Part shown: one piece after another, positions 22,215 through 30,110 of the stretch | How positions within the stretch are numbered: the first letter of the stretch is position 1 | Layout of the letters: each line of letters begins with the position of its first letter | Origin: Actinomycetota bacterium | Lineage (GTDB): Bacteria; Actinomycetota; Actinomycetes; S36-B12 | NCBI GenBank assembly: GCA_947472655.1 | Contig: CANJCG010000001.1 | Location: forward strand, 1-57,268 | Reading direction: 5' to 3' | DNA length: 57,268 nucleotides | Notes under the pieces: generated by a model | What the model saw: only the letters and a program-made list of their open reading frames with translations | Databases searched by the model: none | Told to the model about the DNA's origin: nothing | Position numbers and translations under genes: made by a program

Positions 22215-22804
22215 GATGTGCTCTTTTGTACGTCATCGATCACACTGCGAAGCGCGGCTTGCGTCGTCGCACCAAGAATACGGGCTGCGACGTTGCCCTG
22301 AGCATCAACAATCAACGTTGACGGAATGGCTTGCGCTGGCAAGGTTTCGCGAAAGAGCAACTGCACTTGTGCTTGCGTATCGATCGCCTGCGGATAAGTG
22401 ATCCCGTATCTATCGACAAAGTTTTGTGCAGCCGTGTCTGAATCCCGCGTATCAAGACCAACGAACTGCACTTTTTTCTGGTTGGACTTCGCCCACACCT
22501 CTTGCAGCTCGGGTGCTTCTGCGCGACAAGGTGCACACCATGAAGCCCACACGTTCATCACAACAACTTTGCCAAGTTGTTTGCTGAGTGTGAAATCAGA
22601 TCCGCCCAAAGTCCTGAGAGTGAAATCTGGGGCCGGTACTCGCTTCTCGACTGCCACGACTTCGATTGAACCGTCACCGGCAACGAAGTTGGTCTCGCTG
22701 CCCGCAGATGCCGTGTTCTTTGCATCGCTACAGCCAGATACCAGCACAGACGACATAACTAATAATGCGACACCGGAAGCGATTCTTGTATTGGTAATGC
22801 GCAT
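22211..22804 (-). CDS. TlpA/ResA-like thioredoxin-fold lipoprotein
   Basis: 197 aa. Lipobox LVSGC after a signal peptide and the CxxC active site WASWCAPCRAE. Sits in a ccdA-resB-ccsB context. Confidence 0.87.
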   Translation of the reverse strand: MRITNTRIASGVALLVMSSVLVSGCSDAKNTASAGSETNFVAGDGSIEVVAVEKRVPAPDFTLRTLGGSDFTLSKQLGKVVVMNVWASWCAPCRAEAPELQEVWAKSNQKKVQFVGLDTRDSDTAAQNFVDRYGITYPQAIDTQAQVQLLFRETLPAQAIPSTLIVDAQGNVAARILGATTQAALRSVIDDVQKSTS

Positions 22805-22827
22805 GGATGCTCAGGCGGTGACGAATG

Positions 22828-23475
22828 TCACGCGCCAGCCACCTTGCTGGCTTTTTCAAGCAAATCTCGTGAAGGCTCGGTGTAGGTGATTGCCAAGAGT
22901 TCGCCGTCTCGGTAGGTCAGTGAAGTAATCGATGCGAGCGAGCATTGCCGGCTGCGCGGGTCATGCCACAAGCGGCGTTGCTCTGCTGCAAGGCGGGCAA
23001 TCCAGATCGGCAATTGATGACTCACAAGTACTACTTCGCCGCCAAGGAATTGATCACGCGCTGCATGAACAGCCTCGGTCATGCGAGCCGCGACAATGTC
23101 GTACGGCTCTCCCCAGGACGGCTTAAAAGGGTTGTACAGGTGCTTCCAAGTGCGCGGCTGCTTGAGAACTCCGTCACCAACACTTACGCGTTGTCCTTCA
23201 AAGACATTGTCAGCTTCAATGAGGCGCGGATCAGTCGAGATTTCCAGGCCGTGAGTAGCTGCCATCGGAGACGCAGTTTGCTGAGCACGCTCCATTGGTG
23301 AAGAGACAACTCCCGTGATGTCGTGACCACTCAATGCCTTGGCTGCACGCTGGGCCATTTCATGCCCAAGATCAGATAACACATAACCTGGAAGGCGTCC
23401 GTAAAGCACGCCCTGAGGATTGTCGACTTCTCCGTGGCGCAGAAGATGAACAACAGTGCGCTCTGGTGTAGCCAT
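22828..23475 (-). CDS. Histidine phosphatase (phosphoglycerate mutase) family protein
   Basis: 215 aa. Catalytic RHGE motif (LLRHGEVDNP). Occupies the same position as the mycobacterial PGM-family gene upstream of the ccdA cluster. Confidence 0.85.
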   Translation of the reverse strand: MATPERTVVHLLRHGEVDNPQGVLYGRLPGYVLSDLGHEMAQRAAKALSGHDITGVVSSPMERAQQTASPMAATHGLEISTDPRLIEADNVFEGQRVSVGDGVLKQPRTWKHLYNPFKPSWGEPYDIVAARMTEAVHAARDQFLGGEVVLVSHQLPIWIARLAAEQRRLWHDPRSRQCSLASITSLTYRDGELLAITYTEPSRDLLEKASKVAGA

Positions 23476-23481
23476 GTGCAG

Positions 23482-25212
23482 TTACGCCTTACGTCGCGTT
23501 GGAGTACGTCGTCGACTTGGTCGCCAACTACCCTCGCCCGCTTCAAGTGCGGCCAGACGTAGTTCTTCACCATGAGCGGCAAGCGCTTCAACGAGCCCGA
23601 TCAACGTAGTGCTGTCGGCTTCGACATCTACGCGAAGACCGTGCTCTTGCGCAGCCTTAACAGTGAGCGGGCCAATGCAAGCCACCACTGTGGTGTGGTG
23701 CGGTTTACCCGCAATGCCAACTAAGTTGCGAACAGTGCTGCTCGAGGTGAACAGCACAGCATCGAAGCCACCCGTTTTAATGGCTTCGCGAGTTTCAGCC
23801 GGAGGTGGTGCAGCACGCACAGTTCGGAAGGCCGTGATGTCTTCGACTTCCCAACCTAATTCCGTTAAACCGGCGACAAGTGACTCAGTGGCGATGTCAG
23901 CCCGCGGTAAAAAGATGCGGTTGATCGGATCGGTGAGCGAATCGTAGGCAGGCCATTCCTCGAGCAAGGCGGCGGTTGTTTGATCACCTTCGGTTACCAA
24001 ATCTGGACGCACACCAAAATCGATTAAGGCCGCGATTGTTGCTTCGCCAACTGCTGCAACTTTGAGTCCGGCAAACGAACGGGCATCGAGTCCATATGAG
24101 GCCAACTTCTCGCGGATTGCACGAACAGCATTAACCGAAGTGAATCCGATCCACTCATAGCGACCCGAAACTAAACCGTGGATAGCGCGATCAATTTGCT
24201 GTGGGGTGCGTGGCGGCTCAACGGAAATCGTTGGCACCTCCATCGGCACGGCTCCATGGCGGCGCAATAGCGCTGAGATGGAATCTGTTGGCTCCTGCGT
24301 GCGTGGAATCAATACGCGCCAGCCAAAGAGCGGCTTAGCTTCAAACCAGTCAGCCTTTTCACGTTGGGCAACAACCTCACCCACGACTACCACGCCAGGA
24401 CCAGCCTGCTTTGAGCGCTTTGCGATTGCACCAATTTCACTCAGGGTGCCAGCAAGGGTGCGCTGATCAACCGTGGTGCCTTGACGAGTGACAGCGATTG
24501 GCGTCTTTGGATCAGCGCCAGCGGCAATCAGATTTGCTGCAATTTCGGCGCAAGAATCAGCACCATTGAGATACACCGTAGTGATACCTGGCTGCATCAG
24601 ATCAGCCCATGGAAGATCTACTTCAGTGCCATCTACTACTCGAATCTGGCGAACCCGACCGCCAGTAAGGCTGAAGCCTGCATAAGCGGGAATACCCGTG
24701 ACATCACTAACACCGGGAGCGACTTCGAATGGCACCTTTGCTTTGCGCAAAGCCGCAGCTTCAGCAACTAAGGAACCATCAATGATTGGATCTCCAGCGA
24801 TGAGCCGCACCACATTCTTGCCTTCGCGAGCAGCATCGATCATGGCCTTGCCATGATCTCCAGCAACAATAAATTCTGTTGTTGCGCTTGCATACACACG
24901 AGCGATGGCTTCAGTTGATTCATCGGCGACGATGACATCGGCATCACGCATCAAGGCGACTGCTCGCAAAGTGAGGAGATCTGGATCTCCGGGTCCTGCT
25001 GCGACGAGTGCCACTGTTCCCACGGCTATCTTCTTGCGGACGACCTTTGCCGGAACTGTTGCGGTATCTGCTGCGGTTGCTGCACGAGTCACTGGGTGCT
25101 CTCCTGCGGTAGTGGTGGAAGTGGACGTCTTCGTTGGAGCAACCTCCGGTTGGGGAGGAACTACCTGTTTTGGCACCTTGGGTTTCGAGGTGCTGAGGGA
25201 TTGTGTTGTCAT
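23482..25212 (-). CDS. hemD: Bifunctional uroporphyrinogen-III C-methyltransferase / uroporphyrinogen-III synthase fusion
   Basis: 576 aa. A Pro/Thr/Ala-rich N-terminus of about 65 aa, then a tetrapyrrole methylase region (VAAGPGDPDLLTLRA, GDPIIDG), then about 250 aa resembling HemD. This matches the architecture of the mycobacterial hemD/cysG fusion. Its start overlaps the rex stop (25209-25212). Confidence 0.85.
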   Translation of the reverse strand: MTTQSLSTSKPKVPKQVVPPQPEVAPTKTSTSTTTAGEHPVTRAATAADTATVPAKVVRKKIAVGTVALVAAGPGDPDLLTLRAVALMRDADVIVADESTEAIARVYASATTEFIVAGDHGKAMIDAAREGKNVVRLIAGDPIIDGSLVAEAAALRKAKVPFEVAPGVSDVTGIPAYAGFSLTGGRVRQIRVVDGTEVDLPWADLMQPGITTVYLNGADSCAEIAANLIAAGADPKTPIAVTRQGTTVDQRTLAGTLSEIGAIAKRSKQAGPGVVVVGEVVAQREKADWFEAKPLFGWRVLIPRTQEPTDSISALLRRHGAVPMEVPTISVEPPRTPQQIDRAIHGLVSGRYEWIGFTSVNAVRAIREKLASYGLDARSFAGLKVAAVGEATIAALIDFGVRPDLVTEGDQTTAALLEEWPAYDSLTDPINRIFLPRADIATESLVAGLTELGWEVEDITAFRTVRAAPPPAETREAIKTGGFDAVLFTSSSTVRNLVGIAGKPHHTTVVACIGPLTVKAAQEHGLRVDVEADSTTLIGLVEALAAHGEELRLAALEAGEGSWRPSRRRTPTRRKA

Positions 25213-26012
25213 GCCTGCATCACCTGCGCTAGCGGCGTCAGGTCATCGACTCGACGTTGCTCGTGGAAGGCAAGTATTTGAAGTTCAACTGCAAGGTCGA
25301 CTTTGCGCACCTCGACACCTACCGGAACGGTGAGTACCGATGGCGCGAAATTCAAAATACTGCGCACGCCAGTAGCAACAAGTCGATCGCATACCTTTTG
25401 CGCGGCACTGGCCGGTGTTGCAATCACCGCAATGCTTGCACTGCTCGCCTTAACGAGATTCTCAAGTTCGGTGAGCGGTTGCACCACTAGGTCTCTTCCA
25501 CCCGTACACACTTTTTCGCCAATGACGTCGGGGTGTGAATCTAGAAGCCCGACAATTTCAAATCCACGTGAGGCAAAACCTTTATACGAAACCAAAGCGT
25601 GGCCCAAATTGCCAACGCCAACGATCACTACGCCCCAAGGCTGACTCAAACCAAGTTCGCGACTGATGTGATAACTCAAGAACGCAACTTCGTAGCCAAC
25701 GCCTCGAGTGCCATACGAACCAAGATGTGACAGGTCTTTGCGTAACTTCGCCGAACTAACACCGCACCTTTGCGCCAAAGTGTCGGAGGAAACTGTGTGC
25801 ACTCCGTCATCAGCTAGCCCACGCAAAACCCGGTGATATATGGGTAACCGCGCAACGGTGGCGTCGGGAATTCCGCGCCCATCGTCGCGTGTGCGACTCG
25901 AGCCAAGTTGGCGGGACAACGACACGGTGCTCCAGGGTTGTTTCACTAGGCGCTGGTATCGGGAGATACCGCGGGAAGACCTCGTGAATGCGGCCTTTGA
26001 ACTACCGGCCAC
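25209..26012 (-). CDS. rex: Redox-sensing transcriptional repressor Rex
   Basis: Rex signature GIPDATVARLPIYHRVL, SAKLRKDLSHLGSYGTRGVGYEV and a Rossmann region VVIVGVGNLGHAL. The true start may be the GTG at 25925 (preceded by GGAG), which would shorten the product from 267 to 238 aa. Confidence 0.9.
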   Translation of the reverse strand: MAGSSKAAFTRSSRGISRYQRLVKQPWSTVSLSRQLGSSRTRDDGRGIPDATVARLPIYHRVLRGLADDGVHTVSSDTLAQRCGVSSAKLRKDLSHLGSYGTRGVGYEVAFLSYHISRELGLSQPWGVVIVGVGNLGHALVSYKGFASRGFEIVGLLDSHPDVIGEKVCTGGRDLVVQPLTELENLVKASSASIAVIATPASAAQKVCDRLVATGVRSILNFAPSVLTVPVGVEVRKVDLAVELQILAFHEQRRVDDLTPLAQVMQA

Positions 26013-26029
26013 CTGCTAAGGGTAAGCAT

Positions 26030-26047
26030 TTGTGCCTTCACGCACAA
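26030..26047 (-). promoter_or_regulatory. Rex-operator-like palindrome upstream of rex
   Basis: TTGTGCCTTCACGCACAA has TTGTG/CACAA arms at 18-nt spacing and an embedded TTCACG identical to the right half of the nuoA site. It matches only 11/18 of the remembered consensus. Confidence 0.3.
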
Positions 26048-26070
26048 AGTTGATCGGACGCGTGTATCCG

Positions 26071-26322
26071 TTATTCGGACAATATCCCTCGTAAGTGCTC
26101 TGGATCGATCCGCCAGAACCCAACAATCTTCTCATCCACAAGCACAAGCGGAATCCGCTCCCAGTATTGGTCATAGAGGCCATGGTCATCCAAGATCGAA
26201 TGTTCTACCCACGTCAGATCCAACTCCGCGCAGACCGTAGCCACGACTGCTCGAGCTTCTTGGCACAGATGACAGTCAGGTTTACCGATGAGCTGCACGC
26301 GACTGATCGGTAATTGACTCAC
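26071..26322 (-). CDS. Glutaredoxin-like (thioredoxin-fold) small protein
   Basis: CxxC motif KPDCHLCQEA near the N-terminus, about 83 aa from the GTG at 26322. The track start at 26427 would overlap the divergent HAD gene. Occupies the same slot as the glutaredoxin-like gene upstream of the hem operon in mycobacteria. Confidence 0.7.
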   Translation of the reverse strand: MSQLPISRVQLIGKPDCHLCQEARAVVATVCAELDLTWVEHSILDDHGLYDQYWERIPLVLVDEKIVGFWRIDPEHLRGILSE

Positions 26323-26345
26323 ACGACTCAGACTACGCTCACTAA

Positions 26346-27203
26346 ATGGCAGAAGATGTGGACCGTGCACGAATTGCCGGGTTAGCCGCTGCCGCTGCCG
26401 CACAACTGCCCACAGACTTTGATCCAAAAACTGCAGCTGCTTTTTTTGATGTCGACAACACCATCATGCGCGGTTCAAGCTTGTTCCACGTTGCAATCGG
26501 CATGGCCCGACGCAAATTCTTCACACCGCGAGAAGTTGCGGCATTCGGAATGGCACAAGCCCGCTTTCTGGTGCGGGGGACTGAAAATCTTGATGATGTC
26601 GCGCTTGCCACTGAATCCGCATTGGCCTTTGTCAAAGGTCGGCGAGTCGATGACATCATTGCCTTTGGCCAAGAAATTTTCGACGACTCAATGGTTGACA
26701 AACTTGTCCCTGGCACCCTGGCTTTAGCTCAGGAACATGTTGACGCCGGACGCCAAGTCTGGCTCGTGACCGCGACCCCGATTGAGTTAGCTCAGGTAAT
26801 TTCAAAGCGATTAGGGCTCACAGGCGCCCTCGGTACCGTTTCTGAAATAGAAGAGAACTGTTACACCGGAAAACTCGTTGGCGCACCGCTGCACGGGCAA
26901 GCAAAAGCCGAGGCAGTGCGAGCGCTAGCCATTCGCGAAGGCCTTGACCTTTCGCAATGTTGGGCTTATTCGGATTCAGCAAATGACATACCGATGTTGA
27001 CCAATGTTGGTAATCCCGTCTGTGTAAATCCTGATCCAAAGTTACGTGCGCATGCACAACTACATGACTGGCCAATCGAAGATTTCCGCGCCCGGGCTCA
27101 TCTACGCAAAGTAACTTCGCCTACGGCTCTCGCAGCCGCAGGTGTTCTGGCAGCTGGTCTAACAATTGGGTTTGTGACCTCGCGCCTACGAAGAACGCGC
27201 TAA
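26346..27203 (+). CDS. HAD-IB family hydrolase (SerB-like phosphatase) with C-terminal TM helix
   Basis: 285 aa. HAD motif I FFDVDNTIMRGSS, motif III/IV region YSDSANDIPML, and a hydrophobic C-terminus. Confidence 0.85.
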   Translation: MAEDVDRARIAGLAAAAAAQLPTDFDPKTAAAFFDVDNTIMRGSSLFHVAIGMARRKFFTPREVAAFGMAQARFLVRGTENLDDVALATESALAFVKGRRVDDIIAFGQEIFDDSMVDKLVPGTLALAQEHVDAGRQVWLVTATPIELAQVISKRLGLTGALGTVSEIEENCYTGKLVGAPLHGQAKAEAVRALAIREGLDLSQCWAYSDSANDIPMLTNVGNPVCVNPDPKLRAHAQLHDWPIEDFRARAHLRKVTSPTALAAAGVLAAGLTIGFVTSRLRRTR

Positions 27204-27328
27204 TTCTTTATTCGAAAATGTTTGTTCGTTGCACCAAACGGCGAAGCAACTGAAATGTTTTCCACGCCCATGGTTTGTACACGAAATCAGGCATGGTAAA
27301 TCAGCCGAATAATCGGCAAAAGAATCGT

Positions 27329-27520
27329 TTAAGTGAATTCAGGGTCAAAACCAAAGTCATCTACCGAACCCGAAGCATTCAACGTTGATTGCAGCATCTC
27401 AAAGAGATGCTGCAACACGTCAGTGGCTTCGCGGCCGGGAATTTCTGGATCTAGGTGAACGCGCGCAGCCTGTGGTTCGGTGCTTCCTGCAGCGCGAGCT
27501 GCACTAGACGCTGAGACCAT
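27329..27520 (-). CDS. Hypothetical small acidic protein (63 aa)
   Basis: ORF beginning 16 nt downstream of the bS22 stop on the same strand. I recognise no family and the RBS is weak. Coding status is uncertain. Confidence 0.25.
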   Translation of the reverse strand: MVSASSAARAAGSTEPQAARVHLDPEIPGREATDVLQHLFEMLQSTLNASGSVDDFGFDPEFT

Positions 27521-27535
27521 GGCCGCAAAGTGTCT

Positions 27536-27637
27536 CTACTTCTTCTTGTTACGGCGCTGCACTCGAGTACGGCGAAGCAACTTCTTATGCTTCTTCTTCG
27601 CCATACGCTTGCGACGCTTCTTGATAACTGAACCCAT
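27536..27637 (-). CDS. 30S ribosomal protein bS22 (33 aa)
   Basis: Hand translation of the minus strand gives [33 protein letters not shown] followed by a stop. This is nearly identical to the actinobacterial bS22 sequence I remember ([28 protein letters not shown]...). GAGG lies upstream, and it sits directly downstream of the HTH gene as in mycobacteria. It is below the length cut-off of the ORF track. Confidence 0.9.
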   Translation of the reverse strand: MGSVIKKRRKRMAKKKHKKLLRRTRVQRRNKKK

Positions 27638-27748
27638 TGAAGGAACCTCACGTTTATTGCTAAAAGGTGAAAATCACCCATGATTTGAAGACTCGAGCCT
27701 ATCGCGACTCAAACTTTGCCAAGCGGCTGGCTTGGTCAGGGGGTGCGC

Positions 27749-27955
27749 TTACGCGGTTTCGACGTAGGAATCGCGTAGATAGTCATGAACAGCTTGCTCA
27801 GGAACACGAAATGAGCGACCGACGCGCACAGCAGTCAGTTCACCGTGGTGAACCAAGCGGTACACAGTCATCTTCGACACACGCATGAGCGCAGCCACTT
27901 CAGCAACGGTCAGAAACCGGACCTCGCTGAGCGAACGGTCAGTGCTTGTCGACAT
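27749..27955 (-). CDS. Excisionase-family helix-turn-helix DNA-binding protein
   Basis: 68 aa from the internal ATG (MSTSTDRS...). Motif LTVAEVAALMRVSKMTVYRLVHHGELTAVRVGRSFRVPEQAVHDYL, typical of the conserved HTH gene that precedes bS22. Confidence 0.85.
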   Translation of the reverse strand: MSTSTDRSLSEVRFLTVAEVAALMRVSKMTVYRLVHHGELTAVRVGRSFRVPEQAVHDYLRDSYVETA

Positions 27956-28079
27956 CTCACACCAAACTTCCTGCGACCCAATCGCACCGGCATCCCGGTG
28001 ACCGACGACTTGCATCGCGAAACGGCAATCTAGTGCCCCCAGCCCATAAAGCAAAGGCGAAGGGGATTACTTCTTCCCA

Positions 28080-29276
28080 CTAAAACCATTCTACCGGCTC
28101 AATCACGAGACCCCAGCCCGGAAAAATTGCCCTCCGAGTGGCCAATATCGCTTGGTCTACCTGGTCCTCTGGGTCATACCCACTGTCAAAAGGACGAGCC
28201 CAAGGCGTATGGCCATCAGTCATCAATTCCGGGCTTATTTGCCCAAGCTCTGACTCAACAAAAGCACGGTATTCAGCGGGTAATGGCGTTCCTGGTTCAA
28301 TCGGATGCCCCGTGATTTCGGCTATCAAGTGGGTCCAAGCGCGAGCAACCACTTCCACCCAGGCGTATCCACCACCACCAACTGCGAGCCACTTGCCCGC
28401 TGCGTACTTATGTGCCCATCGGTGTACTAATTCGTAGGAACTTCGTTGCCCATCAAGACTCATCGTTAGGTGCGCCAGAGGGTCTAACACGTGCGCATCT
28501 GCACCATTTTGAGTAACCAATATCTGTGGATCAAAGGCTTCCAATACGTCAGGGACGATCGCCGAGAAGGCTCGCAGCCAACCTTGATCCCCCGTTCCAG
28601 CAGGCAAGGCAACGTTGATTGCCGAGGCCGGAGCATTGGGACCACCACTTTCTTGCGGGTATCCACTGCCGGGAAAGAGAGTTTTTGGGCTCTCATGTAA
28701 CGAAATCGTGACGACTCTTGGGTCGTCCCAGAACATTGCCTGCACTCCATCGCCGTGATGAACATCTAGATCCAGATAGGCGATGCGCTCATAGCCTTGA
28801 TCGAGCAACCATTGAATGCCGACGGCGATGTCGTTGTAGACACAGAATCCTTCAGCGGATGCAGGCATGGCATGGTGTAGCCCGCCCGCCAAACTCACCG
28901 CGTGATCAAACTCGCCTGAGTGCAGGGCTTGGGCTGCCATCAGGGTTGCACCACATACGCGCGCAGACTCTTCATGCATGTTCGCAAACACTGGAACATC
29001 AGCCGTACCAAGTCCATGCTGCTCATCAACTAAAGAAGAATCACTTGATGCCGCTACGACTACGTCAATGTATTGCGAAGTATGCACTCTTTCGAGGTCT
29101 GCCCGCGAAGCAGGAACCACTGGACTGAGAAGAACAACATTCTCTTGATCGAATAACTCGAATGCTGCGCTAAGCCGTATCGCTAACTGCGTGCGAATTG
29201 GTGCTAGCGGATGGCCTGGACCAAAGTCATAGCCCTTGAGTTTGTCATCCCACACCACACCAACACGGTCGCTCAT
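28080..29276 (-). CDS. Histone deacetylase-family protein (AcuC-like acetoin utilization/deacetylase)
   Basis: 398 aa. Zn-dependent deacetylase motifs (GGLHHAMPASAEGFCVYND, DLDVHHGDGVQ). 4-nt overlap with the proC stop. Confidence 0.85.
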   Translation of the reverse strand: MSDRVGVVWDDKLKGYDFGPGHPLAPIRTQLAIRLSAAFELFDQENVVLLSPVVPASRADLERVHTSQYIDVVVAASSDSSLVDEQHGLGTADVPVFANMHEESARVCGATLMAAQALHSGEFDHAVSLAGGLHHAMPASAEGFCVYNDIAVGIQWLLDQGYERIAYLDLDVHHGDGVQAMFWDDPRVVTISLHESPKTLFPGSGYPQESGGPNAPASAINVALPAGTGDQGWLRAFSAIVPDVLEAFDPQILVTQNGADAHVLDPLAHLTMSLDGQRSSYELVHRWAHKYAAGKWLAVGGGGYAWVEVVARAWTHLIAEITGHPIEPGTPLPAEYRAFVESELGQISPELMTDGHTPWARPFDSGYDPEDQVDQAILATRRAIFPGWGLVIEPVEWF

Positions 29277-30067
29277 GACCCCGATAATTCCGCACTGCGA
29301 TCGCGAGCTGAGACCATGCCTGCAATGATGCCGTCTCGAACGCCATGCTCATCAAAAGTAGCAATTGCTGCAGCAGTTGTTCCGTTTGGTGAAGTCACAT
29401 TCGCTCGTAACTCAACAGGAGATTGCGTAGATGCCGCAAGGAGTTCTGCCGATCCAAGTATCGTCTGCGCCACCGCTGTGCGCGCATCATCGTGCGACAA
29501 ACCTGCTTGCTGGGCCCCAAGCATCATTGCTTCAGCGAGATAGAACACATAGGCGGGACCGCTGCCTGAAGTTGCTGTTATCGCATCTTGCAGAGACTCT
29601 GGAATCTCTAAGACAACACCGACTGCGCTCAAGAGTTCAACAGCCTGAGCAAACTGCTCGGGCTGGCATGTGAGGCCGGCACTCATCCCGATGACTCCAC
29701 GCTGAATTCTTGCGGGTGTGTTAGGCATCGCGCGAACAACTGCCGCCTGTGGAACCAGCGATTCAATTGTTTCGGTGGTCACTCCTGCTGCGATCGAGAT
29801 GATTAACGCGCCAGTTGGCACAACATCAGAAATCTCGTCGAGAGCAGCTCGCATGTCTTGCGGCTTCACCACCGCAATGATCACTTGTGCCCCTGCCACA
29901 GCTGTGCGTGAATCCGCACATGAAACGCCATAGCGCTCGACTAATTCTTGACCACGATCTTCGCGCTGTTCAACCACAACAATGTTCGGTTTTGGATCGA
30001 GTAGCAGTAGCCCAGCTATCAAGGCCTCGCCCATGACACCGCCACCCAGTACAACTATGTGCGTCAT
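29273..30067 (-). CDS. proC: Pyrroline-5-carboxylate reductase
   Basis: N-terminal Rossmann motif IVVLGGGVMGEA and a ProC C-terminal dimerisation region (VTSPNGTTAAAI). I chose the start at the ATG at 30067. Confidence 0.92.
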   Translation of the reverse strand: MTHIVVLGGGVMGEALIAGLLLLDPKPNIVVVEQREDRGQELVERYGVSCADSRTAVAGAQVIIAVVKPQDMRAALDEISDVVPTGALIISIAAGVTTETIESLVPQAAVVRAMPNTPARIQRGVIGMSAGLTCQPEQFAQAVELLSAVGVVLEIPESLQDAITATSGSGPAYVFYLAEAMMLGAQQAGLSHDDARTAVAQTILGSAELLAASTQSPVELRANVTSPNGTTAAAIATFDEHGVRDGIIAGMVSARDRSAELSGS

Positions 30068-30110
30068 TGCAGCCTTTCTACGCCGCACGTCACTTGACCC
30101 GGCAGTAGTC

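Noticed and set aside
27204-27328. AT-rich 125-nt spacer between the convergent HAD-IB gene and the 63-aa ORF, examined for a tRNA, sRNA or terminator.
   Set aside because: I could fold no cloverleaf or strong stem-loop by eye; only 4-5 bp stems are present. It is probably just a convergent termination zone. A covariance-model scan would be needed to say more.
27719-27735. Perfect 6-bp hairpin CCAAGC-GGCTG-GCTTGG between the HTH gene and bS22, considered as an intrinsic terminator.
   Set aside because: The stem is short and no U-tract follows it on the transcribed strand. HTH and bS22 are usually co-expressed.
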